The notes under the pieces: generated by a model | What the model was told of the DNA's origin: nothing | Database searches by the model: none | The model's input: the letters and a program-made list of their open reading frames with translations, nothing else | Part shown: in pieces, positions 12,976 through 24,784 of the stretch | How positions within the stretch are numbered: position 1 is the stretch's first letter | Layout: each line of letters starts with the position of its first letter | Translations under genes and position numbers: made by a program | Assembly: GCF_036365525.1 (NCBI RefSeq) | Contig: NW_027142325.1 | Span: 248,001-312,000, forward strand | Source: Heterodontus francisci | Taxonomy: Eukaryota | DNA: 64,000 nucleotides | Reading direction: 5' to 3'

Positions 12976-14056
12976 TTTTGGGCCTCCTTATCTCGAGAGA
13001 CAATGGATACGCGCCTGGAGGTGGTCAGTGGTTTGTGAAGCAGCGCCTGGAGTGGCTATAAAGGCCAATTCTGGAGTAACAGGCTCTTCCACAGGTGCTG
13101 CAGAGAAATTTGTTTGTTGGGGCTGTTGCACAGTTGGCTCTCCCCTTGCGCCTCTGTCTTTTTTCCTGCCAACTACTAAGTCTCTTCGACTCGCCACAAT
13201 TTAGCCCTGTCTTTATGGCTGCCCGCCAGCTCTGGCGAATGCTGGCAACTGACTCCCACGACTTGTGATCAATGTCACACGATTTCATGTCGCGTTTGCA
13301 GACGTCTTTATAACGGAGACATGGACGGCCGGTGGGTCTGATACCAGTGGCGAGCTCGCTGTACAATGTGTCTTTGGGGATCCTGCCATCTTCCATGCGG
13401 CTCACATGGCCAAGCCATCTCAAGCGCCGCTGACTCAGTAGTGTGTATAAGCTGGGGATGTTGGCCGCTTCAAGGACTTCTGTGTTGGAGATATAGTCCT
13501 ACCACCTGATGCCAAGTATTCTCCGAAGGCATCGAAGATGGAATGAATTGAGACGTCGCTCTTGGCTGGCATACGTTGTCCAGGCCTCGCTGCCGTAGAG
13601 CAAGGTGCTGAGGACACAGGCCTGATACACTCGGACTTTTGTGTTCCGTGTCAGTGCGCCATTTTCCCACACTCTCTTGGCCAGTCTGAACATAGCAGTG
13701 GAAGCCTTGCCCATGCGCTTGTTGATTTCTGCATCTAGAGACAGGTTACTGGTGATAGTTGAGCCTAGGTAGGTGAACTCTTGAACCACTTCCAGAGCGT
13801 GGTCGCCAATATTGATGGATGGAGCATTTCTGACATCCTGCCCCATGATGTTCGTTTTCTTGAGGCTGATGGTTAGGCCAAATTCATTGCAGGCAGACGC
13901 AAACCTGTCGATGAGACTCTGCAGGCATTCTTCAGTGTGAGATGTTAAAGCAGCATCGTCAGCAAAGAGGAGTTCTCTGATGAGGACTTTCCGTACTTTG
14001 GACTTCGCTCTTAGACGGGCAAGGTTGAACAACCTGCCCCCTGATCTTGTGTGGAG
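12976..14056 (-). mobile_element. RTE-clade LINE 3' fragment, same family as 8651-11340
   Basis: Minus-strand ORFs 13499-14032 and 13025-13423 are near-identical to the + copy; C-terminal CxxC..H motif. Confidence 0.93.
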
Positions 14057-14222
14057 AAAAATGTGAGGTTATCCACTTTGGTAGGAGGAATAGAGGTGCA
14101 GAGTATTTCTTAAATGTTAAGTGATTAGAAAGCAATTAGATGTGCAAAGGGACCTGGGTATCCTTGTCAATAAGTCAATGAAAGCCAACATGCAGGTTCA
14201 GCAAGCAATTAAGAAGGCTAAT

Positions 14223-14441
14223 AAAAACAAGAAATGCTGGAACCACTCAGCAGGTCTGGCAGCATCTGTGGAAAGAGAAGCAGAGTTAACGTTTCAGGTC
14301 AGTGACCCTTCATCGGAACTGGTCACTGACCCGAAACGTTAACTCTGCTTCTCTTTCCACAGATGCTGCCAGACCTGCTGAGTGGTTCCAGCATTTCTTG
14401 TTTTTATTTCAGATTTCCAGCATCCGCAGTATTTTGCTTTT
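14223..14441. mobile_element. Penelope-like element remnant: inverted pseudo-LTR hairpin with 15-bp TSD
   Basis: ~88-bp inverted arms (14220-14307 and 14321-14408); TSD attaagaaggctaat at 14208-14222 and 14442-14456; matches the 3' end of the Penelope element at 54093. Confidence 0.88.
14284..14322 (-). ncRNA. Degenerate minimal type I hammerhead ribozyme in a Penelope pLTR
   Basis: Minus strand ccagtt-CCGATGA-agggtcactgacct-GAAACGTT-aact: helices I and II and palindromic helix III are present; core CUGAUGA carries a U>C change. Confidence 0.65.
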
Positions 14442-14698
14442 ATTAAGAAGGCTAATGGTAGGTTAGCCTTTATTGCAAGAGGATTTGATTACAGGAGTAG
14501 TGAAGTTTTGTATAGAACCTTGGTTAGACCACACTTGGAATACTATGTGCAGTTTTGGTCCCCTTACCTTAGGAAAGATATTATTGCAACGAAGATTTAC
14601 CAGACTAGTTCCTGGGATGGAGGGACTGTCTTATGAAGAGAGATTGGGGAAACTAGGCCTGTATTCTGAAGAGTTTCAAAGAATGAGAGGTGATCTCA

Positions 14699-15455
14699 CA
14701 CAAGTGCCAGGCATTGACCATCTCCAACAAGAAAGAATCTAACCATCTCCCCTCGATATTCAATGGCATTACTGTTGCTGAATCCCTTACTATCAACATT
14801 CTGGGGTTACAATTGATCAGAAACTGAACTGAAGTAGCCATACTGTGGCTACAAGAGCAGGTTAGAGGCTAGGAATCCTGCGGCGAGTAACTCACCTCCT
14901 GACTCCCCAAAGCCTATCCACCATCTATAAGGCACAAGTCAGGACTGTGATGGAATACTCTCCACTTGCCTGGATGGGTGCAGCTCCAACAACACTGAAG
15001 AAGCTCGACACCATCCAGGATAAAGCAGCCCGCTTGATTGGCAGCCCATCTACAAATATTCACTCCCTCCACCACCGATGCACAGTGTCAGCAGTGTGTA
15101 CCATCTACAAGATGCACTGCAGCAATGCACCAAGGCTCCTTAGGCAGCAACTACCAAACCCATGACCTCTACCAACTAGAAGGACGAGGGCAGCAAATGC
15201 ATGGGAACACAACCACCTGCAAGTTCTCCTCCAATTCACACACCATCCTGACTTGGAACTATATCGCCATTCATTCACTGTCACTGGGTCAAGATCCTGG
15301 AACTCCCTAACAGCACTGTGGGTGTACCTACCCCACTTGGACTGCAATGGTTCAAGAAGGCAGCTCACCACCACCTTCTCAAAGGCAATTAGGGATGAGC
15401 AATAAATGCTGGCGTGGCCAGCGACGCCCACATCCCATGAAAGAATAGAAAAAAA
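14699..15455 (+). mobile_element. 3' fragment of a second CR1/L2-group LINE family
   Basis: MEYSPLAWMGAAPTTLKKLDTIQDKAARLI; 3' end aataaatgctggc..cccacatcccatgaaagaat; interrupts CR1 ORF2. Confidence 0.8.
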
Positions 15456-15832
15456 CTAATTGAAACCTACAAAATACTTAAAGGGATAGACAGAGTAGAT
15501 GCAGCCATGATGTTTCCCCTGGGTGGGGAGTCTCGAACCAGGGAACACAATTTCAAAATAAGCGGGAAGCCACTTAGGACAGAAATGAGGAGAGATTTCT
15601 TTACTCAGAGGGTTGTGAATCGTTGGAATTCTCTACCCCAGAGGGCTGTGGAAGCTCAGTCATTGAGTGTGTTTAAAGCAGAGATTGACAGATTTCTAAA
15701 TACCAATGACATAAGGGGATATGGGGATAATGTGGGAAAAATGCATTGAAGTGGATGATCAGCCATGATCATCTTGAATGGCAGGGCAGGCTGGATGGGC
15801 TGAATGGCCTACTCCTGCTCCTATGTTCCTAT

Positions 15833-18197
15833 GAAGGCAGAGTTATCTAAAGTGAACTGGGAAACTAGGTTAAAAGGTAGGACAGTAGAGATGCAGTGGC
15901 AGACTTTTAGGGAGATATTTAATAACTCTCAGCAAAGATTTATTCCAGTGGAAAGAATGATTCTTTGAGAAACATGCATCATCCGTGGTTAAATAAGCAA
16001 GTTGAGGATAGTATCAAATGAAAGAAACACTGTATAAATCTGCAAAGGTTAGTGCTGTGTCAGAAGCTTGGACAGTCTGAGAGAGAACTAGCTGGTGATA
16101 TAAAAACAGATTGTAAGGGTTTCTACATGTATTTAAATAAGAAAAAAGTAACTAAAGCTAGAATTGGTTCTCTAGAGTGTGAGTCTGGGTAATTGATCAT
16201 GGTAAACAAGGAAATAGCGGAGGTGTTGAACAGGTATTTTGTATCTGTTTTCACTGCAGAAGACTGAGAAAACCTGCCAAAGATACTTGAAAATCAGGAG
16301 GTGAAAGGGAGGGAGAAATTTAAAACAATCACCATCACCAGGGAAAAGCTGCTGGGAAAACTATTAGGCCCAAAGGTTGACAACTCCCCAGGATCAGATG
16401 GTCTGCATCCTAGGGTCTTAAAAGAAGTGGCTGCAGACAGAGTAGAGGCTTTGTTTATAATCTTCCAAAATTCATAGATTCTGGAAGGGTCTGAGCGGAT
16501 TGCAAAATAGCAAATGTAAAATCTTCATTCAAGAAAGGAGGGAGACAGGAAGCAGGAAACTATAGGCCAGTTCGTCTAACATATATCATAGGGAAATTGC
16601 TAGAATCCATTATTAAGGAGTTTATAGAAGGATACTTCGAAAATCATAATGGGATCTGACAGACTCAACATGGTTTTGTAAAAGGGAAATCATGTTTAAC
16701 TAATTTATTAAAGTTCTTTGAGGAATTCACAAGCGAGGTGGATAAAGGGGAATCTGTAGTTGTGGTGTATTTGGACTTCCAAAAGGTATTTGATAAGGTG
16801 TCACATAAAAGGTTACTACACAAGATAAGAGCACATGGTGTAGGAAGTAACATATTAGCATGAATAAAAGACTAGTTAGTTAACATGAAGCAGAGAGTAG
16901 GGATAAATGGGTCTTTTTCAGGTTGACAAGATGTAACAAGTGGAGTGCCACAGGGTTCAGTGCGGGTGCCTCAACTATTTTAAATTTATGTCAATGAATT
17001 GGGGCGGCACAGTGGTTAGCACCGCAACTTCACAGCTCCAGGGACCCGGGTTCGATTCTGGGTACTGCCTGTGTGGAGTTTGCAAGTTCTCCCTGTGACC
17101 GCGTGGGTTTTCGCCGGGTGCTCCGGTTTCCTCCCACAGGTGATAGGTAAATTGGCCATTGTAAATTGCTCCTAGTGTAGGCAGGTGGTAGGGAATATGG
17201 GATTACTGTAGGGTTAGTCGGGACAGACTCAGTGGGCCAAAGGGCCTGTTTCAGTGCTGTATCGCTAAATAAAATATAAATAAAAAGAGACCAAATGTAT
17301 GGTTGCTAAATTTGCCCAGGACACCAAGATAGGAAGTAAGCTGTCAAGAGGACATAAAGAGTTTACAAAAGGATATAAATAGATTAAGTGAGTGGGTAAA
17401 AATTTAGCAGATGGAGTATAATGTGGGAAAATGTGAACTTGTCCACTTTGACAGGAAGCTTAGAAAAGCGGTATACTATTTAAATGGAGAGAGATTGCAG
17501 AACCCGGTGGTACAGAGGGATCTGGGTGTCCTGGTACATGAATCACAAAAGGTTAATATGCAGGTACAGCAAGTGATTAGGAAGGTAAATGGAACATTGA
17601 TGTTTATTGCAAGGGAAATTGTGTGTCAAAGTGGGTAAGTTTTACTGCAGCTGGACAGGGCCTTGTGAGACCACATCTGGAGAACTGTGTGCAGTTTTGG
17701 TCTCCTTATTTGAAAAGGATATAATTGTGTTAGAAGCAGTTCAGAGACGGATCACTCGACTAATTCTGGGGATGGAGAGCTTATCTTATGAAGAAAGGTT
17801 GAACAGGTTGGGCCGAGACTTGTTGGAGGTTAGAACAATGAGAGGTGATCTTACTGAAACATATAGGTTCCTGAGGGGACGTGATAGAGTGTATACTGGG
17901 AGGGTGTTTTCTCTTGTGGGGGAGACGAGAACTAGGGGACACAGTTTAAGAATAAGAGCTCTCCCTTTTAAGATGGCGATGAGGAGAATTTCTTTTTCTC
18001 GAACGGTCATTAGTCTGTGGAATTCTGTTCCCCAGAAAGCAGTGGAGGCAGGGTCAATGAGTTTATTCAAAGCTGAGTTAGATGGATTTTTGATAGACAA
18101 GGGAGTCAAGGGTTATGGGGGGGGGCAGACAGGAAAGTGGAGTTAGGATCACAACCAGATCAGGAATAATCTTATCGAAAGGCGGAGCAGGCTCACA
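15833..18197 (+). mobile_element. Degraded CR1 ORF2 and 3' end
   Basis: RT remnants (LDFQKVFDK, GVPQGSV), QRDLGVLVHES, RTRGHSLRI. Confidence 0.88.
17002..17285 (+). mobile_element. HE1-type tRNA-derived SINE
   Basis: gggcggcacagtggttagc..ggttcgattc head; gggcctgtttcagtgctgtat tail plus AT-rich repeats. Confidence 0.85.
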
Positions 18198-18415
18198 AGA
18201 ACAAAAGAAATAGCAGCAGGAATAGACCATGTGACCCGTCAAGCCTGCTCCGCCATTCAATATGATCATGGCTGATCTTGGGCTTCAATTCCACTTTCCC
18301 GCCCAGCCTCAGTCTCAGCCTTAAATATATTCAGTGATGGAGCATCCGCAACCCTCTGGGGTAGAGAATTCCAAAGATTCACAACCCCTTGAGTGAAGTA
18401 ATTTCTCATCTCAGT

Positions 18416-19254
18416 TGTCATACTGGGCCCCCCACCTGCCAAGAATGAGGCACATTAATTTCACCACACGGACATTAAATTTCAAATTGTTGTTGGGAAG
18501 AAGAGAAGGCCTGTGACAATGGGTTACCAGGCCCCTGGCTGGAAAGATATTTTTGGAACAAAGGAGCTATCCCCTGCTCCAATACAATCCACAAACAGAT
18601 GTGGTCAGACCAGTTAGTCACATGACTAACCTGCTTGGTTGGCATCTCGATTTATTTCTGATTTGTACAGTTTTGAACTGAGAATCTGCAGAAAACTGTT
18701 TACTCCCAGACTGAAGAAGACCTCCTGTCTGTCTGTCTGCCTGCTCCCATCGCTTTCTCACCAGCTTCTGAATCCATTGAAGACACATGAACCCCAAGAG
18801 AGAAAAGTCTCCTACAGTGAACAAGGTTTAAGAAGAATACTGGGCCCCAATGAAAAGCAAGATCTGCTTACAAGCAAGGACTCTGCAGTGAGTTCGAAGA
18901 CCTGTAACAAAAACTCTTCAGATATTGCTGTAAGCTTTTACGCTTTATTTCTTCTGCTCTTTTCTGTCCCTATCTGCATGTGTATACCACGTATGCATGC
19001 TAGCATGGGCGCGTCGTGCATCCATAGGCATTAACTGAATTAGAGTTTAAGTTTAATAAAATTTCACTTTTCTTCTTTAAACCTAAGAAAACCTGTTTGT
19101 GCTGGTTTCATTGCCTTATAATTGGAAAGCTGTGAACAAGAGTTCACCAAGGGAGAGCTAAAAACACAGTGTATTTGAAATAAAACCCTGTTACAGTAAT
19201 ACCAGGTGAAGGCCGAAAGGGAATCCTAGACCTCTTTCTCACCTGATCGTAACA
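18416..19254 (+). mobile_element. Solo LTR, same family as the LTR at 30264-31000
   Basis: TGTCA...TAACA termini, 4-bp TSD CAGT on both sides, internal AATAAA. Confidence 0.88.
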
Positions 19255-19283
19255 CAGTCCTTATCCTGAGACTGTGCCCCTGT

Positions 19284-20303
19284 TGTTACGAGGGTTTCCA
19301 TTTTTTGTTATAACTTGAGAATCTATATTTTAAAAACTGAAAAGGATTCCATGGATGCTGGAATCTTCAAGAAGCTGAACTTTGGATGTTTTTTTATGGG
19401 AAGGTCAACAGAAGGTTGACCATTAAACAAATTTTACTGAAAAACATCGGTTTGCAAATAACCCAGCAGGGTGTTTGTGCTGTGACTCTGAAAAGGATGT
19501 TTACAAGGAAATGACAAACCAAGATTTCAGGTTGTCATACAGCCTGCCTCTGGAAAAGTTTTTGTTTCATTTTGAACTCTTAAGAAAGGCCAGTGGTTGT
19601 TTGGCCAAGAACAGAAAGAAATTTGCTTCCTGACCTGCCAGAAGAAAACAGCTCTCTCTTTAAAGAATTCCTGCATCAAGTTGTATTGTTGCCTCCCTGT
19701 ATTTGAAGAAATCCTGAATGTTTTCAGAAACCTTGCATCTTTGAAAGAACTTTGCATAGAATGTGCAAGAATTGAAACCTTTGTTACTGCACATCTGATG
19801 TAAGACTTATGCAATGCCTTCCGTAGCTGCATCTCTTGAAAACCTACCTAGACTGTTCATCAACATTGTTGGAAAGAACTGTTCTAGGACGATTCCCAGT
19901 GGCAGCCACCTATTCGCCTTTGGGACACCTCGCCAACACAGAGGACTTCCATACCTTCTCTTCAGTCTCAGTTTTTTATTCCTTCCAACTGTAACAGTTG
20001 TAAACAAAAATCATTTTTTCTCCCGGTTAACCGGTTGTTTATGTGAGTGTGTGAGGGCGAGGATAAAAATAAAGGGTTTTAATATTTCAATTCGTGCATA
20101 TGTTTACTTCATTATTGGTTAAGACTTAGTTTATAATAAATGGATAATTTTGTTGTTTATTAAAAAATATCTGGTTGGTGTGCTTTATTCTGGAGTAAAA
20201 TAGATTGGCTGTTTCAGTAAGTGGGAAAATTTAAATACATGTTGTGACCTGTGGAGAAGTGGGACTGAATTAACAGTGCACTCCTCCTGCCTCGGTTATA
20301 ACA
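19284..20303 (+). mobile_element. Solo LTR, same family as 58014-59051
   Basis: TGTTA...TAACA termini; CR1 sequence resumes on both sides; TSD not clean. Confidence 0.82.
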
Positions 20304-20799
20304 TCTTGTTTTAGATTCCCCGCATGGCGGAAACAATCTCTCAGTGTCTACCCGATCCAGAACTTTCAGAATCATGTACATTTCAATGAGATGCCTCACA
20401 TTTTTCGAAACTCCAGAGAATGTAGTCCCAATTTACACAGCCTTTCATCATAGGACAACCCCCTCATCCCAGGGACCAATTTAGTGAACCTTCGCTGCAA
20501 CCCCTCCAATGCAAGTATATCCTTTTTTAAATGTGGAGACCAAAAATGCACACAGTATTCCAGATGTGGTCTCACCAAATCCCTGTACAATTATAGCAAG
20601 ACTTCATTATTCCTGTACTCCAATCCCCTTGCAATAAAGGCCAACATGCCATTTGCCTTCCTAACTGCTTGCTGTACCTGCATGCTATCTTTTTATGCTC
20701 GAAGGGTGACAGTATTAAACCTTTTCATTGTAAATACAACAGTATTAACTTGTCACTGTAAATACTACTGTATTAATCCCTGTCACTGTAAGTTTTTTT

Positions 20800-21095
20800 A
20801 TTAGAGTCATAGAAAGATACAGCACCGAAACAGGCCCTTCGGCCCACCGAGTCAGCACCGACCATCAACCACCCATTTATACTTATCCTACATTAACCCC
20901 ATATTCCCTCTCACATCCCTACCTTCCCTCAATTCTCCTACCATCTACCTACACTGGAGGCAATTTTACAATGGCCAATTTACCTATCAACCCTCAAGTC
21001 TTTGGCTGTGGGAGGAAACCGGAGCACCCGGAGGAAGCCCACACGGTCACAGGGAGAACTTGCAAACTCCGCACAGGCAGTACCCAGAATTGAAT
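20800..21095 (-). mobile_element. HE1-type SINE, 5' truncated
   Basis: Reverse complement of the SINE body (ggaaaccggagcacccgg..gcagtacccagaat). Confidence 0.82.
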
Positions 21096-21321
21096 TTCTA
21101 CAGGATTAATCCCTGTCAGTGTAAGGAACTATATTATTCATACACTCCAATTGCCATTTTCATTCACAGTCCATACTCTTCGCTTAATTGAGGTCCATCA
21201 CGATATTTCTGTCCTGCAATCGAGATTCACAATTATCCACAGACTTTGATTAATTGTCTCTGCATTGTTGGTCTCTCACCTTTGCTTGTCTCTAATTTGA
21301 TTTCTTTCTCTTTCTGTTCAG

Positions 21322-21421
21322 CTGCAGAGACTTTCCCCATTGCGATATTGTGCATTCCACTTGGAGTGAAACTCCTCGCCCTTATAGTGATGTGGATTAT
21401 TTTATTGAGGGATAAATCCAG
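21322..21421 (+). CDS. Exon: transmembrane segment with central lysine (AAETFPIAILCIPLGVKLLALIVMWIILLRDKSR)
   Basis: Long pyrimidine tract + ttcag acceptor (phase 1, matching the V2 donor); AG|gtatgt donor (phase 2); hydrophobic stretch followed by basic stop-transfer residues; LGVKLL resembles the Lys-containing TM of Siglec-15. Confidence 0.8.
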
Positions 21422-22179
21422 GTATGTAATATTGCTGGGAGACTCTTGTCTTTAAATGCCTGAAGCTTGATTCATGGGTGAGCTTTGGTGGTGATTCAAA
21501 CACTTGAGCCATTCTGGTCGATGAACAACCACACAGTGCATGTCCAGCAGAGGTCGCTGGATCCCAGCAGGATCAGGAACCCTGGGCAATGTTTCCTTTC
21601 CCTATCCCAGTAGCTCTTGGACCAATTGGAGAGCCCCGACTGCAGCCCAGCTGGGATTGGCTAACTCAGCCCAGACATGGGATGGAAACTGGCCCCTTTC
21701 TGGTCTGTACGATTCAGCTCCTCACAGCAGGAACTTGCTGAGCTATCGGGGACCTGATTAAATCTCCCAGACCACCTGTATTCACTATTGTCTATTTTAA
21801 TCTGCAAGGTTAAGCCCTCAGGGCATATTATGATGCAAAACTGATTGAATTGAATTTGATTGCAGTGCTGGGTTATTGACAGTCAGATTCCTGTTCACTT
21901 TCCAACCTCAGTCTTTCCCCAAGGCTTTCTGGAAAACACCAACCACTCACCTCAAGACCCGGAAAAAGAATAAAACACTCTGGGGATTGGCTGCTGTTCA
22001 GATGATGAGAATGATGGTTATCACAGTGTTGAAAATGATTTGCAGTTCCCTTTGACTCAGTTTTTGGTCACCTGTCCTCATATCTCCTCATGTGACTCGG
22101 TGTTCCATTTTGCCTGATTGTGTTCCTGTGAAGCACATGTTAAAAGTGCTATATAAATGCAAGTTTTTGTTCTTGCTAT

Positions 22180-24581
22180 ATAAACAAAGTGACTCCTGAC
22201 ATCGCAGCGGTCTGCTGACATAATCAGAGCGCTCCAAGCTGTGAACATGTGCAAACGGTCGCCTGCGCTGAGATGCTGCACATACTCAGCCTACGTCTTG
22301 CCAGGACTAACTGGTGCATGCGAAGGAAAACATTCTCCCCCCTCGCCCACTCACTCCCCACTCCTCGCTTCCAGCCACCCTGCTCTCCAGCTGCTCACTC
22401 CCCTCTTCCGCCCACCATCCTGCTCTCCAGCTGCTCACTCCCCTCTTCCGCCCACCATCCTGCTCTCCAGCTGCTCACTCCCCTCTTCCGCCCACCATCC
22501 TGCTCTCCAGCTGCTCACTCCCCTCTTCCGCCCACCATCCTGCTCTCCGGCCGCTCACTCCCCTCTTCCGCCCACCATCCTGCTCTCCAGCTGCTCACTC
22601 CCCTCTTCCGCCCACCATCCTGCTCTCCAGCTGCTCACTCCCCTCTTCCGCCCACCATCCTGCTCTCCAGCTGCTCACTCCCCTCTTCCGCCCACCATCC
22701 TGCTCTCCAGCTGCTCACTCCCCTCTTCCGCCCACCATCCTGCTCTCCAGCTGCTCACTCCCCTCTTCCGCCCACCATCCTGCTCTCCAGCTGCTCACTC
22801 CCCTCTTCCGCCCACCATCCTGCTCTCCAGCTGCTCACTCCCCTCTTCCGCCCACCATCCTGCTCTCCAGCTGCTCACTCCCCTCTTCCGCCCACCATCC
22901 TGCTCTCCAGCTGCTCACTCCCCTCTTCCGCCCACCATCCTGCTCTCCAGCTGCTCACTCCCCTCTTCCGCCCACCATCCTGCTCTCCAGCTGCTCACTC
23001 CCCTCTTCCGCCCACCATCCTGCTCTCCAGCTGCTCACTCCCCTCTTCCGCCCACCATCCTGCTCTCCAGCTGCTCACTCCCCTCTTCCGCCCACCATCC
23101 TGCTCTCCGGCCGCTCACACCTCGCTTTCGTCCTCCCCCATCCTGCTCTCCGGCTTCTCAGTCCCCTCTTCCTCCCACCATCCCACTCTCCGGCCGCTCA
23201 CTCCCCGCTTTCCCCGGCCCATCCCGCTCTCCGCCGCTCATTACCCGCTTTCCCCTCACCATCCCGCTCTCTGGCCACTCACCCCCCCCACTTTCCCCAC
23301 CCCCCCATCCCTCCAGATGCTAGCTCCAAGGCCCGCTGCTTCCTTCCTCTCGGCTACTCGATCCCACATTCGATCGTTCCTCACCGCACTGCCCAGAGAA
23401 GCCAGGTGGGCCTGGAGGGGTGATGGAACGATATAGGAGTGAGTGGCCGAGAGGATGGAAGCGGCGCGGCCTGGAGCTAGTGTCTGGAGGGATGGTGGGG
23501 TAAGCGGGAAGTGAGCAACCGGAGAGTAGGAACCGGGGGAAGCGGGGAGTGAGCAGACGGAGAGTGGGATGGGGGGGGAAGTGGGGAGTGAGCGGCTGGA
23601 AAGTGGGATGGGGGTGGAAGCGGGGAGTGAGCGGCCGGAGAGTGGGATGGGGGGGGAAGCGGGGAGTGAGCGGCCGGAGAGTAAGATGGCGGGGGGGATA
23701 CGGGGAGTGAGCGGCCAGAGAGTGAGATGGGCGGGAAAGCGGGGAGTCAGCGGCCGGAGAGTGGAATGGGGGGGGGAAGGGGGAGTGAGCGGCCGGAGAG
23801 TGGGATGGGGGTAGAAACGGGAAGTGAGCGGCTGGAGAGTGGGATGGGGGGGAAGCGGGGAGTGAGGGGCCGGAGAGTAGGATTTGGGGGAAGCGGGGAG
23901 TGAGCAGCCGGAGAGCTTGATCGGGTGTGGGGGCGAAGCAGGGATTGAGCGGCCGGAGAGCTTGATCCGGTGTGGGGGGGAAGCAGGGAGTGAGCAGCCG
24001 GAGAGCAGGATGGGTGGGGGGGGGGGAAGTGGGGAGTGTGCAGCCGGAGAGTGGGATGGGGGGGGGGAGCGGGGAGTGAGCGGCCGGAGAGCAGGATGGG
24101 GGGTGAAGCGGGAAGTGAGTGAGCGGACAGCGGGATGGCACTGAAACCTCACTGAATTACGGAGGGTGTGCAGCACTGTCAGAGGTGCTGTCCTTCTGAG
24201 AAAGTTTAAACAGTGCAACGTTCTCCGAGTATCAACCAAAACATGTCCATTGTCTGCTGTCATGTTTGCTTATGAAATGACAGTCACTGCTCCTAAAGTA
24301 ATTCACTTTAGGTGAATTAAGATGACTAGCTACTAAATAACTGGCGCATGCGCAGGAGGGAGGGGAGACTGTTGGGGGTGGGATGGCGGTGGCAGCATGA
24401 CAATATTTGAGTGGATCTTTGGGTTGAAGTTGTTTATCTGTGATAAACAGATAAACCATCATTAATCCTGGCAGCTGCCTGAACGTCGCAGACACTGATG
24501 TTACAGTGGAACAGGCTGCATTTTCGCATGTGCTAGTACTGCGCCACCTGATGGTTGCGTTGTCAGCAAACGTCGCCCTTT
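22180..24581. mobile_element. Putative non-autonomous foldback-like element with inverted, tandemly repetitive arms
   Basis: The C-rich left arm and G-rich right arm are diverged reverse complements around ~23400; flanked by a 25-bp direct repeat ataaatgcaagtt(t/g)ttgttcttgct at 22153 and 24582. Confidence 0.55.
22381..23110. repeat. 40-bp C-rich tandem repeat (~18 near-identical copies)
   Basis: Unit tgctctccagctgctcactcccctcttccgcccaccatcc. Confidence 0.97.
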
Positions 24582-24784
24582 ATAAATGCAAGTTGTTGTT
24601 CTTGCTGAAAACAGGAACAACAATCAGACCCATTGTGTCAGTGTTTAACACTGATAATCTAATCTGTTTTTAAATACATGGGGAATCCTATGTAAACAGC
24701 TGCAGGTTGTATATGGCGGTTCTGAAAATGCTCTTATTTTACTGTTAATATGGCTCATTTTATTTAATCTTGTTTTGTCCCCAG

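Larger units (their letters stand above)
8226..15832 (+). mobile_element. Degraded CR1 LINE (ORF1 esterase fragment, ORF2 EN/RT fragments, 3' end) hosting four nested insertions
   Basis: [46 protein letters not shown] and [11 protein letters not shown] fragments in collinear order; ctatgttcctatg tail at ~15832. Confidence 0.9.
18198..20700 (-). mobile_element. CR1 3' fragment split by two solo LTRs
   Basis: Minus-strand [19 protein letters not shown]; CR1 3' end at ~18200. Confidence 0.8.

Noticed and set aside
22241-24263. Long Pro/Ser/Leu-rich ORFs in several frames (possible mucin stalk)
   Set aside because: Produced by a stop-free 40-bp repeat open in all three frames; lies downstream of the TM exon with no supporting splice sites.
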